DNA of 64,000 nucleotides. Source: Nannocystis bainbridge. Its GTDB lineage: Bacteria > Myxococcota_A > Polyangia > Nannocystales > Nannocystaceae. The notes under the pieces are model-generated. The model was not told the origin of the DNA. It searched no databases and saw only the letters and a list, made by a program, of their open reading frames with translations. Within the stretch, counting starts at the first letter, position 1. Every line of letters begins with the position of its first letter. The stretch is from assembly GCF_028368995.1 (NCBI RefSeq), contig NZ_JAQNDL010000001.1, positions 928,001 through 992,000 of the forward strand. Reading direction: 5' to 3'. Positions 9,719 to 18,647 of the stretch are shown here, piece after piece. A program made the translations under genes and the position numbers.

Positions 9719-10801
9719 CAAGTGCATCGCCCCGCCCCGCCGCTCGACGCGGGGGGCCATCTCCGGGCGCGGCGGCGGGGCCTCGCCGGTGGCGCACACG
9801 CGGCCGTGCAGGCCCAGCTGCTCGAGCATGTCGAGGTCGTCCTGGGTCGAGCGATTGGGCGTCGTCAGGAAGTCGCCGATCATCATGCCCGACGCCCCGG
9901 CGGCGAAGATCATCGGCTGCAGCTGCCCCAGGTGCTGGCGGCCGGCGGCGATGAAGATGTTGGGGCGCGGCAGGGCCAGGCGGAAGCAGGCGATGATGCG
10001 CAGCATCTCGCGCGGCGGCAGCGGGTCGACGTGCTGGAGGTTCGTGCCCTCGATGCTGACGAGGAAGTTGATCGGCACCTCGTCGACGTCGAGGCCGCGC
10101 AGCTCGAGCGCCAGCTCGGCGCGGTGCTCGGGCTGCTCGCCCATGCCGAAGATCCCGCCGACGCAGGTGCGCAGCCCGAGCTCCTTGGCCGCGCGGATCG
10201 TAGCGAGGCGATCGTCGTAGGTGTGGGTGGTGACGATCTGCTCGTAGTAGCTGCGGCCCGACTCGAGGTTGTGGTTGAACTCGGTCATGCCGGCGTCGCG
10301 CAGCTCGCGGAGCGCCTCTTTGCTGACGATCCCGAGCGACGCGTGAGCCTCGGTGTGGCCGGCGGCGCGGACCTGGCGGATGCCCTCGACCATGTGCTTG
10401 AGGCCCTTGGAGCCGTCGGCGTAGCCGCGCGTGGCCGTCACCAGCCCGAGCGCCGTCGCGCCCTGGCCCTGAGCCTTGCGGCTGGCGGTGACCATGTCGG
10501 CGTGATCGAGGAACTTGTCGGCCTTGATGTGGGTGGTGAAGTGCTTCGACTGCGCACAGAAGCCGCAGTCCTCGGGGCACCCGCCCATCTTGGCGTTGAC
10601 GATCGAGCACAGGTGGACCTCGTCGCCGAAGCGAGCGCGGCGCAGGCGATCCGCGGCCCCCATCAGATCGCCCAGCTCGCCCTCGCCGCGCAGGTAGCGG
10701 ACCAGGGTCGCCCCGTCGAGCGCATCCCACTCGCCGCCGAGGATCCGTTCGGCGATGGCGTGCGGAGCGGGGAGTGCGGGGCGGCCGTCGGTGCTCGTCA
10801 T
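9704..10801 (-). CDS. bioB: Biotin synthase (radical SAM)
   Basis: CPEDCGFC, FNHNLES, VPINFL, AAGR, G.FLTT. Confidence 0.9.
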   Translation of the reverse strand: MTSTDGRPALPAPHAIAERILGGEWDALDGATLVRYLRGEGELGDLMGAADRLRRARFGDEVHLCSIVNAKMGGCPEDCGFCAQSKHFTTHIKADKFLDHADMVTASRKAQGQGATALGLVTATRGYADGSKGLKHMVEGIRQVRAAGHTEAHASLGIVSKEALRELRDAGMTEFNHNLESGRSYYEQIVTTHTYDDRLATIRAAKELGLRTCVGGIFGMGEQPEHRAELALELRGLDVDEVPINFLVSIEGTNLQHVDPLPPREMLRIIACFRLALPRPNIFIAAGRQHLGQLQPMIFAAGASGMMIGDFLTTPNRSTQDDLDMLEQLGLHGRVCATGEAPPPRPEMAPRVERRGGAMHLPVLA

Positions 10802-11033
10802 GCGGCGAGGTATACCGCAAGCACGTGCGCCAGGGACCGGCTGTGCGCCTGTCGTGCGCGCTCGCCCGTCCGCCGCATCTCCCGCGCTCCATCCCCCCGT
10901 GGTCCGCGAGTGAGGTTTGCCGTGCACCGCCCTTCGCGTCCCCGCGCGCGTGCGCGGCGGGCTCGACGGATCTCGCGCTTTCACCGCTCCGTCGCCGGTG
11001 GTAACCTCCCCGCGCCCGCGAGAAGGCTCGCCC

Positions 11034-12140
11034 ATGAATCAATCAGAAGCCGCACCAGACCCCGCCCCGCAAGGCGACACGGACAACGCCGTGGACGCCG
11101 CCTACGAGGCCAAGCTCCGCGCCGACTACGACGGCCAGAGCCGCGACGACGTCCTGCGAGACTACCGCGAGATGCTGCGGATCCGCCGCTTCGAGGAGGC
11201 GGCCGCTCGCGCCTACACGCGCGGCAAGATCAGCGGCTTCCTCCACCTCTACATCGGTCAGGAGGCGATCGCCATCGCCACCCAACAGGTGATGGAGCCC
11301 GGCGATCGCGTCGTCTCGACCTACCGCACCCACGGCTTCGCCATCGCCCTCGGCTCCGATCCCAAGGCGTGCGCCGCCGAGCTGTTCGGCAAGGCCGCGG
11401 GCCTGGTCGGCGGCGTCGGCGGGTCGATGCACTTCTTCGACAAGGCGCGCGGGCTGTGGGGCGGCTACGCGATCGTCGGCAACCACATCCCGGTCGCCGC
11501 CGGCCACGCGTTCGCCTCGCAGTACACCGGCGACGGCCGCGTGACCCTCTGCTTCATGGGCGACGGCGCCGTCGGCATCGGCCCGGTGCACGAGGGCATG
11601 ACGATGGCCGGCATCATGAAGCTGCCGATCGTCTTCGTGGTCGAGAACAACCAGTACTCGATGGGCACCCCGCTCAAGCGCACCCTGCCGGTCGAGGACA
11701 TCACGGCGCGCGCAGCCGGCTACGGGTTCGCCAGCGACCGCTTCCACGTCACCTCCGTGCAGGAGACCCGGCGCCGCCTCGGCGAGGCCGTCGAGCGCGC
11801 GCGCAAGGACGGCAAGCCGACGCTCGTCGAGCTCATCACCTACCGGTTCCGCGGCCACAGCATGAGCGACCCGGCCAAGTACCGGCAGAAGGAAGAGGTC
11901 GATCGCTGGCGGCTCAACGATCCGCTCGAGCGGACGCTGATGGCGCTCAAGCTGATCCACAAGGTCCCCGAGGCCGAGCTCGACGCCGACGACGAGACGA
12001 TCGTCGCCGAGATGGACGCCGCCTACGAGTTCGCCGACAAGGCCCCCGTGCCCCAGCCCGCGGCGCGGTTCGACAACGTGATGGCCGAGGGCCCTTATTA
12101 CGGCGACAGCGCGACGACGCGGCCGGCGGGAGTGGAGTAA
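11034..12140 (+). CDS. pdhA: Pyruvate dehydrogenase E1 alpha
   Basis: GFLHLYIGQEA, GGSMH, GDGA..NN, YRFRGHSMSDP. Confidence 0.96.
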   Translation: MNQSEAAPDPAPQGDTDNAVDAAYEAKLRADYDGQSRDDVLRDYREMLRIRRFEEAAARAYTRGKISGFLHLYIGQEAIAIATQQVMEPGDRVVSTYRTHGFAIALGSDPKACAAELFGKAAGLVGGVGGSMHFFDKARGLWGGYAIVGNHIPVAAGHAFASQYTGDGRVTLCFMGDGAVGIGPVHEGMTMAGIMKLPIVFVVENNQYSMGTPLKRTLPVEDITARAAGYGFASDRFHVTSVQETRRRLGEAVERARKDGKPTLVELITYRFRGHSMSDPAKYRQKEEVDRWRLNDPLERTLMALKLIHKVPEAELDADDETIVAEMDAAYEFADKAPVPQPAARFDNVMAEGPYYGDSATTRPAGVE

Positions 12141-12144
12141 GACC

Positions 12145-13125
12145 ATGCCGATTCTGCAGATCCGCCAGGCGATCCGCGACGCGATGAAGGAAGAGATGGA
12201 GCGCGACGAGCGCGTCTTCCTCATGGGCGAAGAGGTCGGCTACTACAACGGCGCTTACAAGTGCAGCGAGGGCCTGCTCGACCAGTTCGGGGCCAAGCGC
12301 GTGATCGACACCCCGATCACCGAGACCGGCTTCGCCGGCATCGGCATCGGCGCCGCGATGTGCGGCCTGCGGCCGATCATCGAGTTCATGACCTTCAACT
12401 TCTCGGCGGTCGCGTTCGACCAGATCTTGAACAACGCCGCCAAGCTGCGCCACATGACGCACGGCCAGTTCGGCGTGCCGATGGTGTTCCGCGGGCCCAA
12501 CGGGGCCGCGCACATGCTCGGCTCGACGCATAGCCAGGCCTTCGAGCACTTCTACGCCCACATCCCCGGGCTCAAGGTGGTCGCGGTCGCCACGCCCTAC
12601 GACGCCAAGGGCCTGCTCAAGACGGCGATCCGCGACGAGAACCCGGTGCTCTTCCTCGAGAGCGAGCTGATGTACTCGGTCAAGGGCGAGGTGCCCGAGG
12701 AGGAGTACCTCATCCCGTTCGGCCAGGCCGACATCAAGCGCCCCGGCGACGCGGTCACCGTGATCACGTGGGGCCAGGGCGTGCCGGTCGCGCTCAAGGC
12801 CGCCGACCTCGCGGCCGCCGAGGACATCTCGTGCGAGGTCATCGACCTGCGCTCGCTGCGGCCGATGGACGAGGCCGCGATCATCAAGTCGGTCAAGAAG
12901 ACCAACCGCGCGGTCATCGTCTACCACGGCTGGCCCAACGGCGGCGTCGGCGGCGACATCATCGCCCGCATCCAGGAGCTCGCGTTCGACGACCTCGACG
13001 CCCCGGTCCTGCGCGTCTGCTACGAGGACCTGCCGATGCCGTACGCCGAGAACCTCGAGAACCTGATCCTCCCCTCGCCGGAGCGCGCCCTCGAGGCCGT
13101 CCGACGCGTCGCCTACAAGCGCTGA
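12145..13125 (+). CDS. pdhB: Pyruvate dehydrogenase E1 beta
   Basis: GEEVGYYNGAYK, DTPITE, EFMTFNF, DLRSLRP. Confidence 0.96.
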   Translation: MPILQIRQAIRDAMKEEMERDERVFLMGEEVGYYNGAYKCSEGLLDQFGAKRVIDTPITETGFAGIGIGAAMCGLRPIIEFMTFNFSAVAFDQILNNAAKLRHMTHGQFGVPMVFRGPNGAAHMLGSTHSQAFEHFYAHIPGLKVVAVATPYDAKGLLKTAIRDENPVLFLESELMYSVKGEVPEEEYLIPFGQADIKRPGDAVTVITWGQGVPVALKAADLAAAEDISCEVIDLRSLRPMDEAAIIKSVKKTNRAVIVYHGWPNGGVGGDIIARIQELAFDDLDAPVLRVCYEDLPMPYAENLENLILPSPERALEAVRRVAYKR

Positions 13126-13152
13126 GCGCACCTGGTCAAGGAGACAGACCCC

Positions 13153-14631
13153 ATGGCAACCGTGGTCACACTTCCCCGCCTCAGCGACACGATGGAAGAG
13201 GGCGTGATCGCCAAGTGGCGCATCAAGGTCGGCGACAAGGTCAAACGCGGCCAGGTCATCGCCGACATCGAGACCGACAAGGCGACGATGGAGTTCGAGT
13301 CCTTCGACGCCGGCACCGTCCTCAAGCTGGTCGCCCCCGAGGGCGAGGCGCTGCCCGTCGGCGCCACGATCGCCGTGTTCGGCCAGCCGGGCGAGAACCC
13401 CGACGCCGTCGACGGCGGCGCGAAGCCCAAGCCCGCCGACAAGCCCGCGACCGACAAGCCCGCGACCGACAAGCCGGCGACCGACAAGCCCGCCGACGAA
13501 GCGTCGGAGTCCGACGCCGACGAGGAGGCCGACGAGAAGCCGGCCAAGGCCTCGGCCAAGCCGGTCGCGCCCAAGCCCCAGCCCGAGAGCGTGGCCGAGG
13601 TGAAGCACGCCGAGGCCGTCAACGAGGCCTCGGCCGCCGGCGGCGATTCACCTGCCCCGAAGGCCACGTCCCAGGGGACAGGTCCCGAAGGACAGGCCGA
13701 TCGCGGCCGGATCCCCGCCTCGCCGCTGGCCCGCCGCCTGGCCCGCGAGCACGACCTCGAGCTGGGCCAGATCCAGGGCTCCGGCCCGCACGGCCGGATC
13801 GTCAAGGCCGACGTCGAGCAGGCGATCGCCAAGGGCCCGACCCGCGCGGCCGCGGCGACCGGTACTTCGGCACATGTCCCTTCGGCCAGCCAGCCGGCCG
13901 GCAGCCCCGCGGCCGACGTCGACGAGCACGGGCGGCCGTACATCAGCCGGCCCGACCGCTCGGTCAAGCTGTCGCAGATGCGCAAGGCGATCGCCAAGCG
14001 CATGGGCCAGGCGAAGCGGGAGATCCCGCATATCTACCTGACGATGCCGATCGTCATGGACCGGGCGGTCGCGCTGCGGGCCGAGTTCAACCTCTCGGTC
14101 GACGGCACCAAGGCCAGCCTCAACGACCTGGTGATCCTCGCGGCCGCCCGCGCGCTGCGCAAGCACCCGCGGGTCAACGCCCACTTCACCGACAACGGCA
14201 TCGTCGAGCGCGGCGATGTCCACGTCGGCGTGGCGGTCGCGCTCGACGACGGCCTCATCGTCCCGCCGGTCCGCTTCGCCGACCAGAAGACGCTCAAGCA
14301 GGTCTCGATCGACGTCCGCGACCTCGGCACCCGCGCCAAGGAGAAGACGCTGAAGCCGGAGGAGATGACCGGCAGCACCTTCACGGTGTCGAACCTCGGC
14401 ATGTTCGGCATCGAGGAGTTCTGCGCGATCGTCAACCCGGGCGAGGCCGCGATCCTGGCCGTCGGCGCGGTCCAGGACGAGGCCGTGGTCGAGGACGGCA
14501 AGATCGTCGCCCGCAAGCGCATGCGCGTGACGCTGTGCAGCGACCACCGCGTGTTCGACGGCGCCGAGTCGGCCAAGTACCTGCAGACCCTGCGCAAGCT
14601 GCTCGAGAGCCCGCTCTCGCTGCTGACCTGA
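13153..14631 (+). CDS. pdhC: Dihydrolipoamide acetyltransferase E2
   Basis: Lipoyl ETDKA, E3-binding ASPLARRLA..GSGPHGRI, DHRVFDG. Confidence 0.96.
   Translation: MATVVTLPRLSDTMEEGVIAKWRIKVGDKVKRGQVIADIETDKATMEFESFDAGTVLKLVAPEGEALPVGATIAVFGQPGENPDAVDGGAKPKPADKPATDKPATDKPATDKPADEASESDADEEADEKPAKASAKPVAPKPQPESVAEVKHAEAVNEASAAGGDSPAPKATSQGTGPEGQADRGRIPASPLARRLAREHDLELGQIQGSGPHGRIVKADVEQAIAKGPTRAAAATGTSAHVPSASQPAGSPAADVDEHGRPYISRPDRSVKLSQMRKAIAKRMGQAKREIPHIYLTMPIVMDRAVALRAEFNLSVDGTKASLNDLVILAAARALRKHPRVNAHFTDNGIVERGDVHVGVAVALDDGLIVPPVRFADQKTLKQVSIDVRDLGTRAKEKTLKPEEMTGSTFTVSNLGMFGIEEFCAIVNPGEAAILAVGAVQDEAVVEDGKIVARKRMRVTLCSDHRVFDGAESAKYLQTLRKLLESPLSLLT
13649..13892. repeat. Two intragenic 14-bp-period arrays in PdhC linkers
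   Basis: Cores 13651/13665/13679/13693 and 13859/13873/13887. Confidence 0.7.
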
Positions 14632-14644
14632 AGGACAGGTCGCC

Positions 14645-15496
14645 GTGGAGCCGCCCCGCCGCGCCCGCGTGACCCGCAGCGAGGCGGGCGGCTCACGCTG
14701 GGAGGTCGCCACCCGCGAGCTCCCGGCGGGCCTGCGGCCGCACGTGCGCGAGCTGCTCGGCTACGGCGAGGCGTCGGTGCTGCCGCGCGTGCAGCGGCAG
14801 TTCCCGCTGCCGCAGGTCGTCGTCATCATCGAGTTCGGCCCACCGATCCGCGTCCACGACGGCGCCGGGGTGCCGTCGCGCTACGCCGGCGGGTTCGTGG
14901 CCGGCCTCTCCGACGCCTGGAGCGACACCGGCCACGACGGGGCGCAGGCGGGCATGCAGCTCAACCTGACGCCGATCGGCGCGCGCCTGGTGTTCGGCGT
15001 GGCGCTGTCCGAGCTGACCGGCCACATCGTGCACCTCGACGACCTGCTGCCACCCACGCACCGGGGCCTGGCCGCGCGTCTGGCCGCGTGCGCCGACTGG
15101 GATGACCGTTTCGACATGGTCGAAAGTTTCATCGCCGCGCGCCTGGCCGCCGCCCGCGTCGCGGTCGACACCGTCGCCTGGGCCTGCCAGCGCATCGAGG
15201 CCAGCGCCGGCGCCGTCGACATCGGCCGCCTCGCCGGCGAGCTCGGCTACAGCAGCAAGCACCTGGTCGCCCTGTTCCGCGACCGCGTCGGCGTGCCGCC
15301 CAAGCTGCTGGCGCGGCTGGTCCGCTTCGACCGCCTGATCCACCGCCTCAAGACCGGTCCGGCGAGCACCTGGGCCGCCCTGGCGGCCGAATTCGGGTTC
15401 GCCGACCAGGCCCACCTGACCCGCGAGGTCCGCGGCTTCACCGGCGTCACCCCGACCGGGGTCCGGGCCCTGCTCGGCGAGCTCGTGATCGCCTGA
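14645..15496 (+). CDS. AraC family regulator (DUF6597-type)
   Basis: C-terminal FRDRVGVPPK..FGFADQAHLTRE. Confidence 0.9.
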   Translation: MEPPRRARVTRSEAGGSRWEVATRELPAGLRPHVRELLGYGEASVLPRVQRQFPLPQVVVIIEFGPPIRVHDGAGVPSRYAGGFVAGLSDAWSDTGHDGAQAGMQLNLTPIGARLVFGVALSELTGHIVHLDDLLPPTHRGLAARLAACADWDDRFDMVESFIAARLAAARVAVDTVAWACQRIEASAGAVDIGRLAGELGYSSKHLVALFRDRVGVPPKLLARLVRFDRLIHRLKTGPASTWAALAAEFGFADQAHLTREVRGFTGVTPTGVRALLGELVIA

Positions 15497-15510
15497 GCCC
15501 GCTGCCTCGC

Positions 15511-15530
15511 AGGTAAAATTTGTTCAAGAC
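15511..15530 (+). promoter_or_regulatory. AT-rich putative AraC site/promoter upstream of VOC gene
   Basis: aggtaaaatttgttcaagac stands out in GC-rich DNA between regulator and likely target. Confidence 0.4.
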
Positions 15531-15574
15531 CGGGCCCGCGCGGCCGCCTAGCCTTCGCGGGCAAGGAGCGACCC

Positions 15575-16042
15575 ATGACCGTCAAGCCCAGCCCCATCCC
15601 CCCTGGCCCGCGCCTGATCCCCACCCTCGTCGTCGCCGACGCCGGCGCCGCCCTCGATTTCTACGTCAAGGCCTTCGGCGCCGAGGAGATCTTGCGCCTG
15701 CACGGACCCGGCGGCCGGGTCGAGCACGCCGAATTTTCGCTGTTCGGCGGGGTGGTCTACCTCGGGAGTGAGTGGCCCTCGCTAGGCTTCCGTCCCCCCA
15801 CCCCTGGCCACACCGCCGCCACCGTCGTCCTCAACGTCGAGGATGTCGACGCCTTCGCGGCGCGCGCCGTCGCGGCCGGGGCCACGCTCGAGCGGCCGGT
15901 CGCCGACGAGTTCTACGGCGACCGGGTCGCCCGCCTGCGCGACCCGTTCGGCCACGCCTGGGCCGCGCACGCCCGGGTCGAGGAGGTCGCGCTGCCCGAG
16001 ATGCAGCGGCGGCTGGACGCCCTGTACGCCCAGCCCTCGTGA
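15575..16042 (+). CDS. VOC/glyoxalase (PhnB-like) protein
   Basis: ALDFYVKAFGAEE, FYGDR..RDPFGH. Confidence 0.9.
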   Translation: MTVKPSPIPPGPRLIPTLVVADAGAALDFYVKAFGAEEILRLHGPGGRVEHAEFSLFGGVVYLGSEWPSLGFRPPTPGHTAATVVLNVEDVDAFAARAVAAGATLERPVADEFYGDRVARLRDPFGHAWAAHARVEEVALPEMQRRLDALYAQPS

Positions 16043-16120
16043 GCGCGAGAGCGCCGGCGCGCCGGCGCGCGCACGCCGGAGATTGTCGCCGCGCGCCGCC
16101 TCCGGCATCCTCAGACGACC

Positions 16121-16681
16121 TTGGCACTGTCCGACGCGCCGTCTCACGAACTCAGTGAATTGCACGACCTGGTCGAGAAGGCGCTGCGCGCCGCGCAGGC
16201 CCACCCGACCGCCGAGGCGAGCCGCAAGGAGCGTCACAAGGCTCGCTCCCGCCACTTCGTGCTCGCCCTCGCCGACGCGTTCCGCGAGCACGAGGGCGGC
16301 GATGTCGACGCCATGAGCCGCTACCACGACGACGTCCGCCCGCACATCGGCCAGGGCGAATTGCTGCACGACGTCACCATCACCCGCAGCGTGCAGATCG
16401 GCGAGCACTGGTACATCACCGAGGTGCTGTGGCAGGTCGAGTCGGAGCTCTCGCTCGATACCAGCGAGGCGGTCCACGACTTCAACAAGCTGGTCCTCGG
16501 CTCGGCGCATCACAAGCTGTTCGTCGCCGCGATGGTCCCCGAGCCCGAGAACCTGCTGCGCACGCTCGAGCCCGCGGCCGCGCGCTGCACCGGCCGCGTG
16601 TTCCTGGCCCTGATCCCGCACCCCGACCACTGGGACGGCGACACCGCGGGCGGCGTGCGGACCTGGCAGTTCCGCCGCTGA
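16121..16681 (+). CDS. Hypothetical protein, possibly PD-(D/E)XK-like fold
   Basis: LHDV..WQVESE..DFNKL pattern; weak. Confidence 0.55.
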   Translation: MALSDAPSHELSELHDLVEKALRAAQAHPTAEASRKERHKARSRHFVLALADAFREHEGGDVDAMSRYHDDVRPHIGQGELLHDVTITRSVQIGEHWYITEVLWQVESELSLDTSEAVHDFNKLVLGSAHHKLFVAAMVPEPENLLRTLEPAAARCTGRVFLALIPHPDHWDGDTAGGVRTWQFRR

Positions 16682-16987
16682 TCGGCGACGTGCGCTTGCC
16701 TGCGGCTCGCAGCCCGCGAGCGAGCGTCGACGACCCGTGACTCCAGGGGGATGTCGCTGCGATCGGTCGATCACAGCGACGTCGGCGCCGGCCGTGGCCG
16801 CGCACCGGACCCGAACGCCGCCCGAAAGTGCCACCGGCGGATCGACGCGCGCCGCCGCCGGCGCCCCCGCCCAGCGCCGCACAATCGCCGCGCCCCGCCT
16901 CCGCAAAGGTCGAACGTGGCGCCCGAGGCGCTGAGAGAGCCCCTGCTGGCGTCTCGATCGCGGCCTCGCTACTGTCGTGGCATACCC

Positions 16988-17188
16988 ATGGGCGATGTGA
17001 TCAATCTGAGTCGTTATCGCAAGGCCAAAGCCCGCGCCGAGAAGGAGCAGAAGGCCGAGGCCAACCGAGTCCGCCACGGACGCACGCGGACCGAGAAGCA
17101 GGCCGTGCAGGTCGAGCTCGAGCGCCAGACCGCCGAACTCGACGGCAAACGCCTCGACAGCGCCGACGACGGGAAACAAAGCCCCTGA
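16988..17188 (+). CDS. DUF4169 family small basic protein
   Basis: MGDVINLSRYRKAKAR..ANRVRHGRT. Confidence 0.85.
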   Translation: MGDVINLSRYRKAKARAEKEQKAEANRVRHGRTRTEKQAVQVELERQTAELDGKRLDSADDGKQSP

Positions 17189-17422
17189 CCGTCCGGACAT
17201 GTCCTGCGGGACAGGGTCTCCGTCGCCCGCGAGCCGCGGGACCTGTGACTGTTCGGACATGTCCCCAAAGACACCATCCCCCGTTCGGGGCCTATGACTC
17301 TTCGGACATGTCCTCCGGGCCATATCTGAATTCTCCGGCTCGCAGGACTCGCCACCCGGTCTCGGGCGCAGCCCCGCGAGCCGCCGCGCATGACCGCTGC
17401 GACATGTCCTGAAGGCCAGACC
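17182..17422. repeat. Four modular TGAC-N5-(G/C)GACATGTCC-N5-G(A/C)CA triplets
   Basis: Central CATG at 17198, 17258, 17307, 17403, each flanked at +/-14 bp by degenerate cores. Confidence 0.85.
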
Positions 17423-17480
17423 ACCCCTCTGACCGCCCGCGCCCGTTGACCGCCGGCGGCGCGCGTGGGATGGTCCGGCC

Positions 17481-18461
17481 GTGTCCGCGTGGCTCCACTG
17501 GCTCGCTGCGCTGCTGCTGGTGCTGCTGGCGCTGGCGGCAGCGGCCTGGTTCACCGCGCGGCCGTGGCTGGCCCCGCCGGCCGCCGCGCCCGAGCACATC
17601 GCCGGCACGTGGACCCGGGTCGAGACGTGGGCCGCCGAGACGCGCCAGGCGAGCGGGCCGATCGAGCCGCTGCACGCCGCGCTCGCGCCCCTCAAGCGGG
17701 CCGGCGCGACCGACGAGCCGTGGGACCCGACGCGGCCGCCCGAGCCGGCCACCGACCCCGCCGCGCAGCAGGCCCTCGCCGGGCTGATCGTATGGGCCGA
17801 CGGCGGCGGCCTCGGCGACGAGCTCTGCATCGTCGACCCGGCCGACTTCACGGCCGGACCGCCGCGCACGGTCGAGATGTTCCGCCTGGCCCGCCTCGCC
17901 CTCCGCCACGGCCGCGACGACACCGACCCCGCGTTCGCGGCGGCGCTGCGCCTCGGCGCCTACCTGCGCGGCCGCGGCCCGCTGCTCGCCGGCGCCGTCG
18001 GCTTCGCCATCGCCCGCGACGCCCTGCAGGTCGCCGAGGCCCGCAACCTGCCCGCCGGCCCGGCCTTCGTCGCGTTCGCCCCGCGCCGCGAGGAGGTCCT
18101 GCCGATCCTCGCCCGCGAGGCGGTCTGCTCGCTGCGCATGGCCGAGGCCGCGTTTCACAGCGGCGCGAGCGAGGCCGCCCCCGTCGAGCCCGGCGTGGTC
18201 GCCCGCTGGTCGAGCGCGTGGGTGGGCCCCGAGCGCGAGCTGGCGATGGCCCGCTGGTACCTCGGCGAGCGCGTGGCCGCGGCCGCGGCTGCCGGCGACG
18301 ACCTCGGCGCCGTGGCTGCCACGCAGACCCTGCCCGAACAGCCCGACGCCCTGCCCGCCAGCCTGCTGGTCCGCTCGCTGGCGGGCAGCGGCGCCTCGAC
18401 GGTGAGCGACATGCAGGCGACCCTGGCCGGCTACGCGGCCCGCCTCGGCCCGCCTCCCTGA
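17481..18461 (+). CDS. Membrane-anchored hypothetical protein
   Basis: N-terminal hydrophobic helix. Confidence 0.65.
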   Translation: MSAWLHWLAALLLVLLALAAAAWFTARPWLAPPAAAPEHIAGTWTRVETWAAETRQASGPIEPLHAALAPLKRAGATDEPWDPTRPPEPATDPAAQQALAGLIVWADGGGLGDELCIVDPADFTAGPPRTVEMFRLARLALRHGRDDTDPAFAAALRLGAYLRGRGPLLAGAVGFAIARDALQVAEARNLPAGPAFVAFAPRREEVLPILAREAVCSLRMAEAAFHSGASEAAPVEPGVVARWSSAWVGPERELAMARWYLGERVAAAAAAGDDLGAVAATQTLPEQPDALPASLLVRSLAGSGASTVSDMQATLAGYAARLGPPP

Positions 18462-18483
18462 CATCTGTTTTAAAGTTCTTATG

Positions 18484-18561
18484 GACATGCTCTTCAGAGC
18501 ATGTCCATATCGACATGCTCCTCAGAGCATGCTCTTCGTGCCATGTCCTCTCCGACATGCC
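18484..18561. repeat. 14-bp-period array (6 units)
   Basis: CATG at 18486, 18500, 18514, 18528, 18542, 18556; convergent intergenic. Confidence 0.95.
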
Positions 18562-18647
18562 CTGGCTGGGCCCCCCGGACCGTCACCCGCGCCACCGCGG
18601 AGGCCCGCCGCAGCTCGCCCTTCGGCGAGCCCTCGCGCCCTCCCCGC

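Noticed and set aside
13429-13497. KPATD tandem repeats in PdhC
   Set aside because: Ordinary low-complexity E2 linker.
11034-14631. Absence of lpdA from the pdh operon
   Set aside because: E3 is commonly encoded elsewhere.
17182-17422. CRISPR array interpretation of the repeat modules
   Set aside because: Repeats are degenerate internally, spacing is irregular (60/49/96) and no cas genes are present. The other arrays have only 6-bp spacers.
18484-18561. Resemblance of GGACATGTCC to the p53 half-site RRRCWWGYYY
   Set aside because: Bacterial context and a 14-bp rather than 10-bp period; treated as coincidence.
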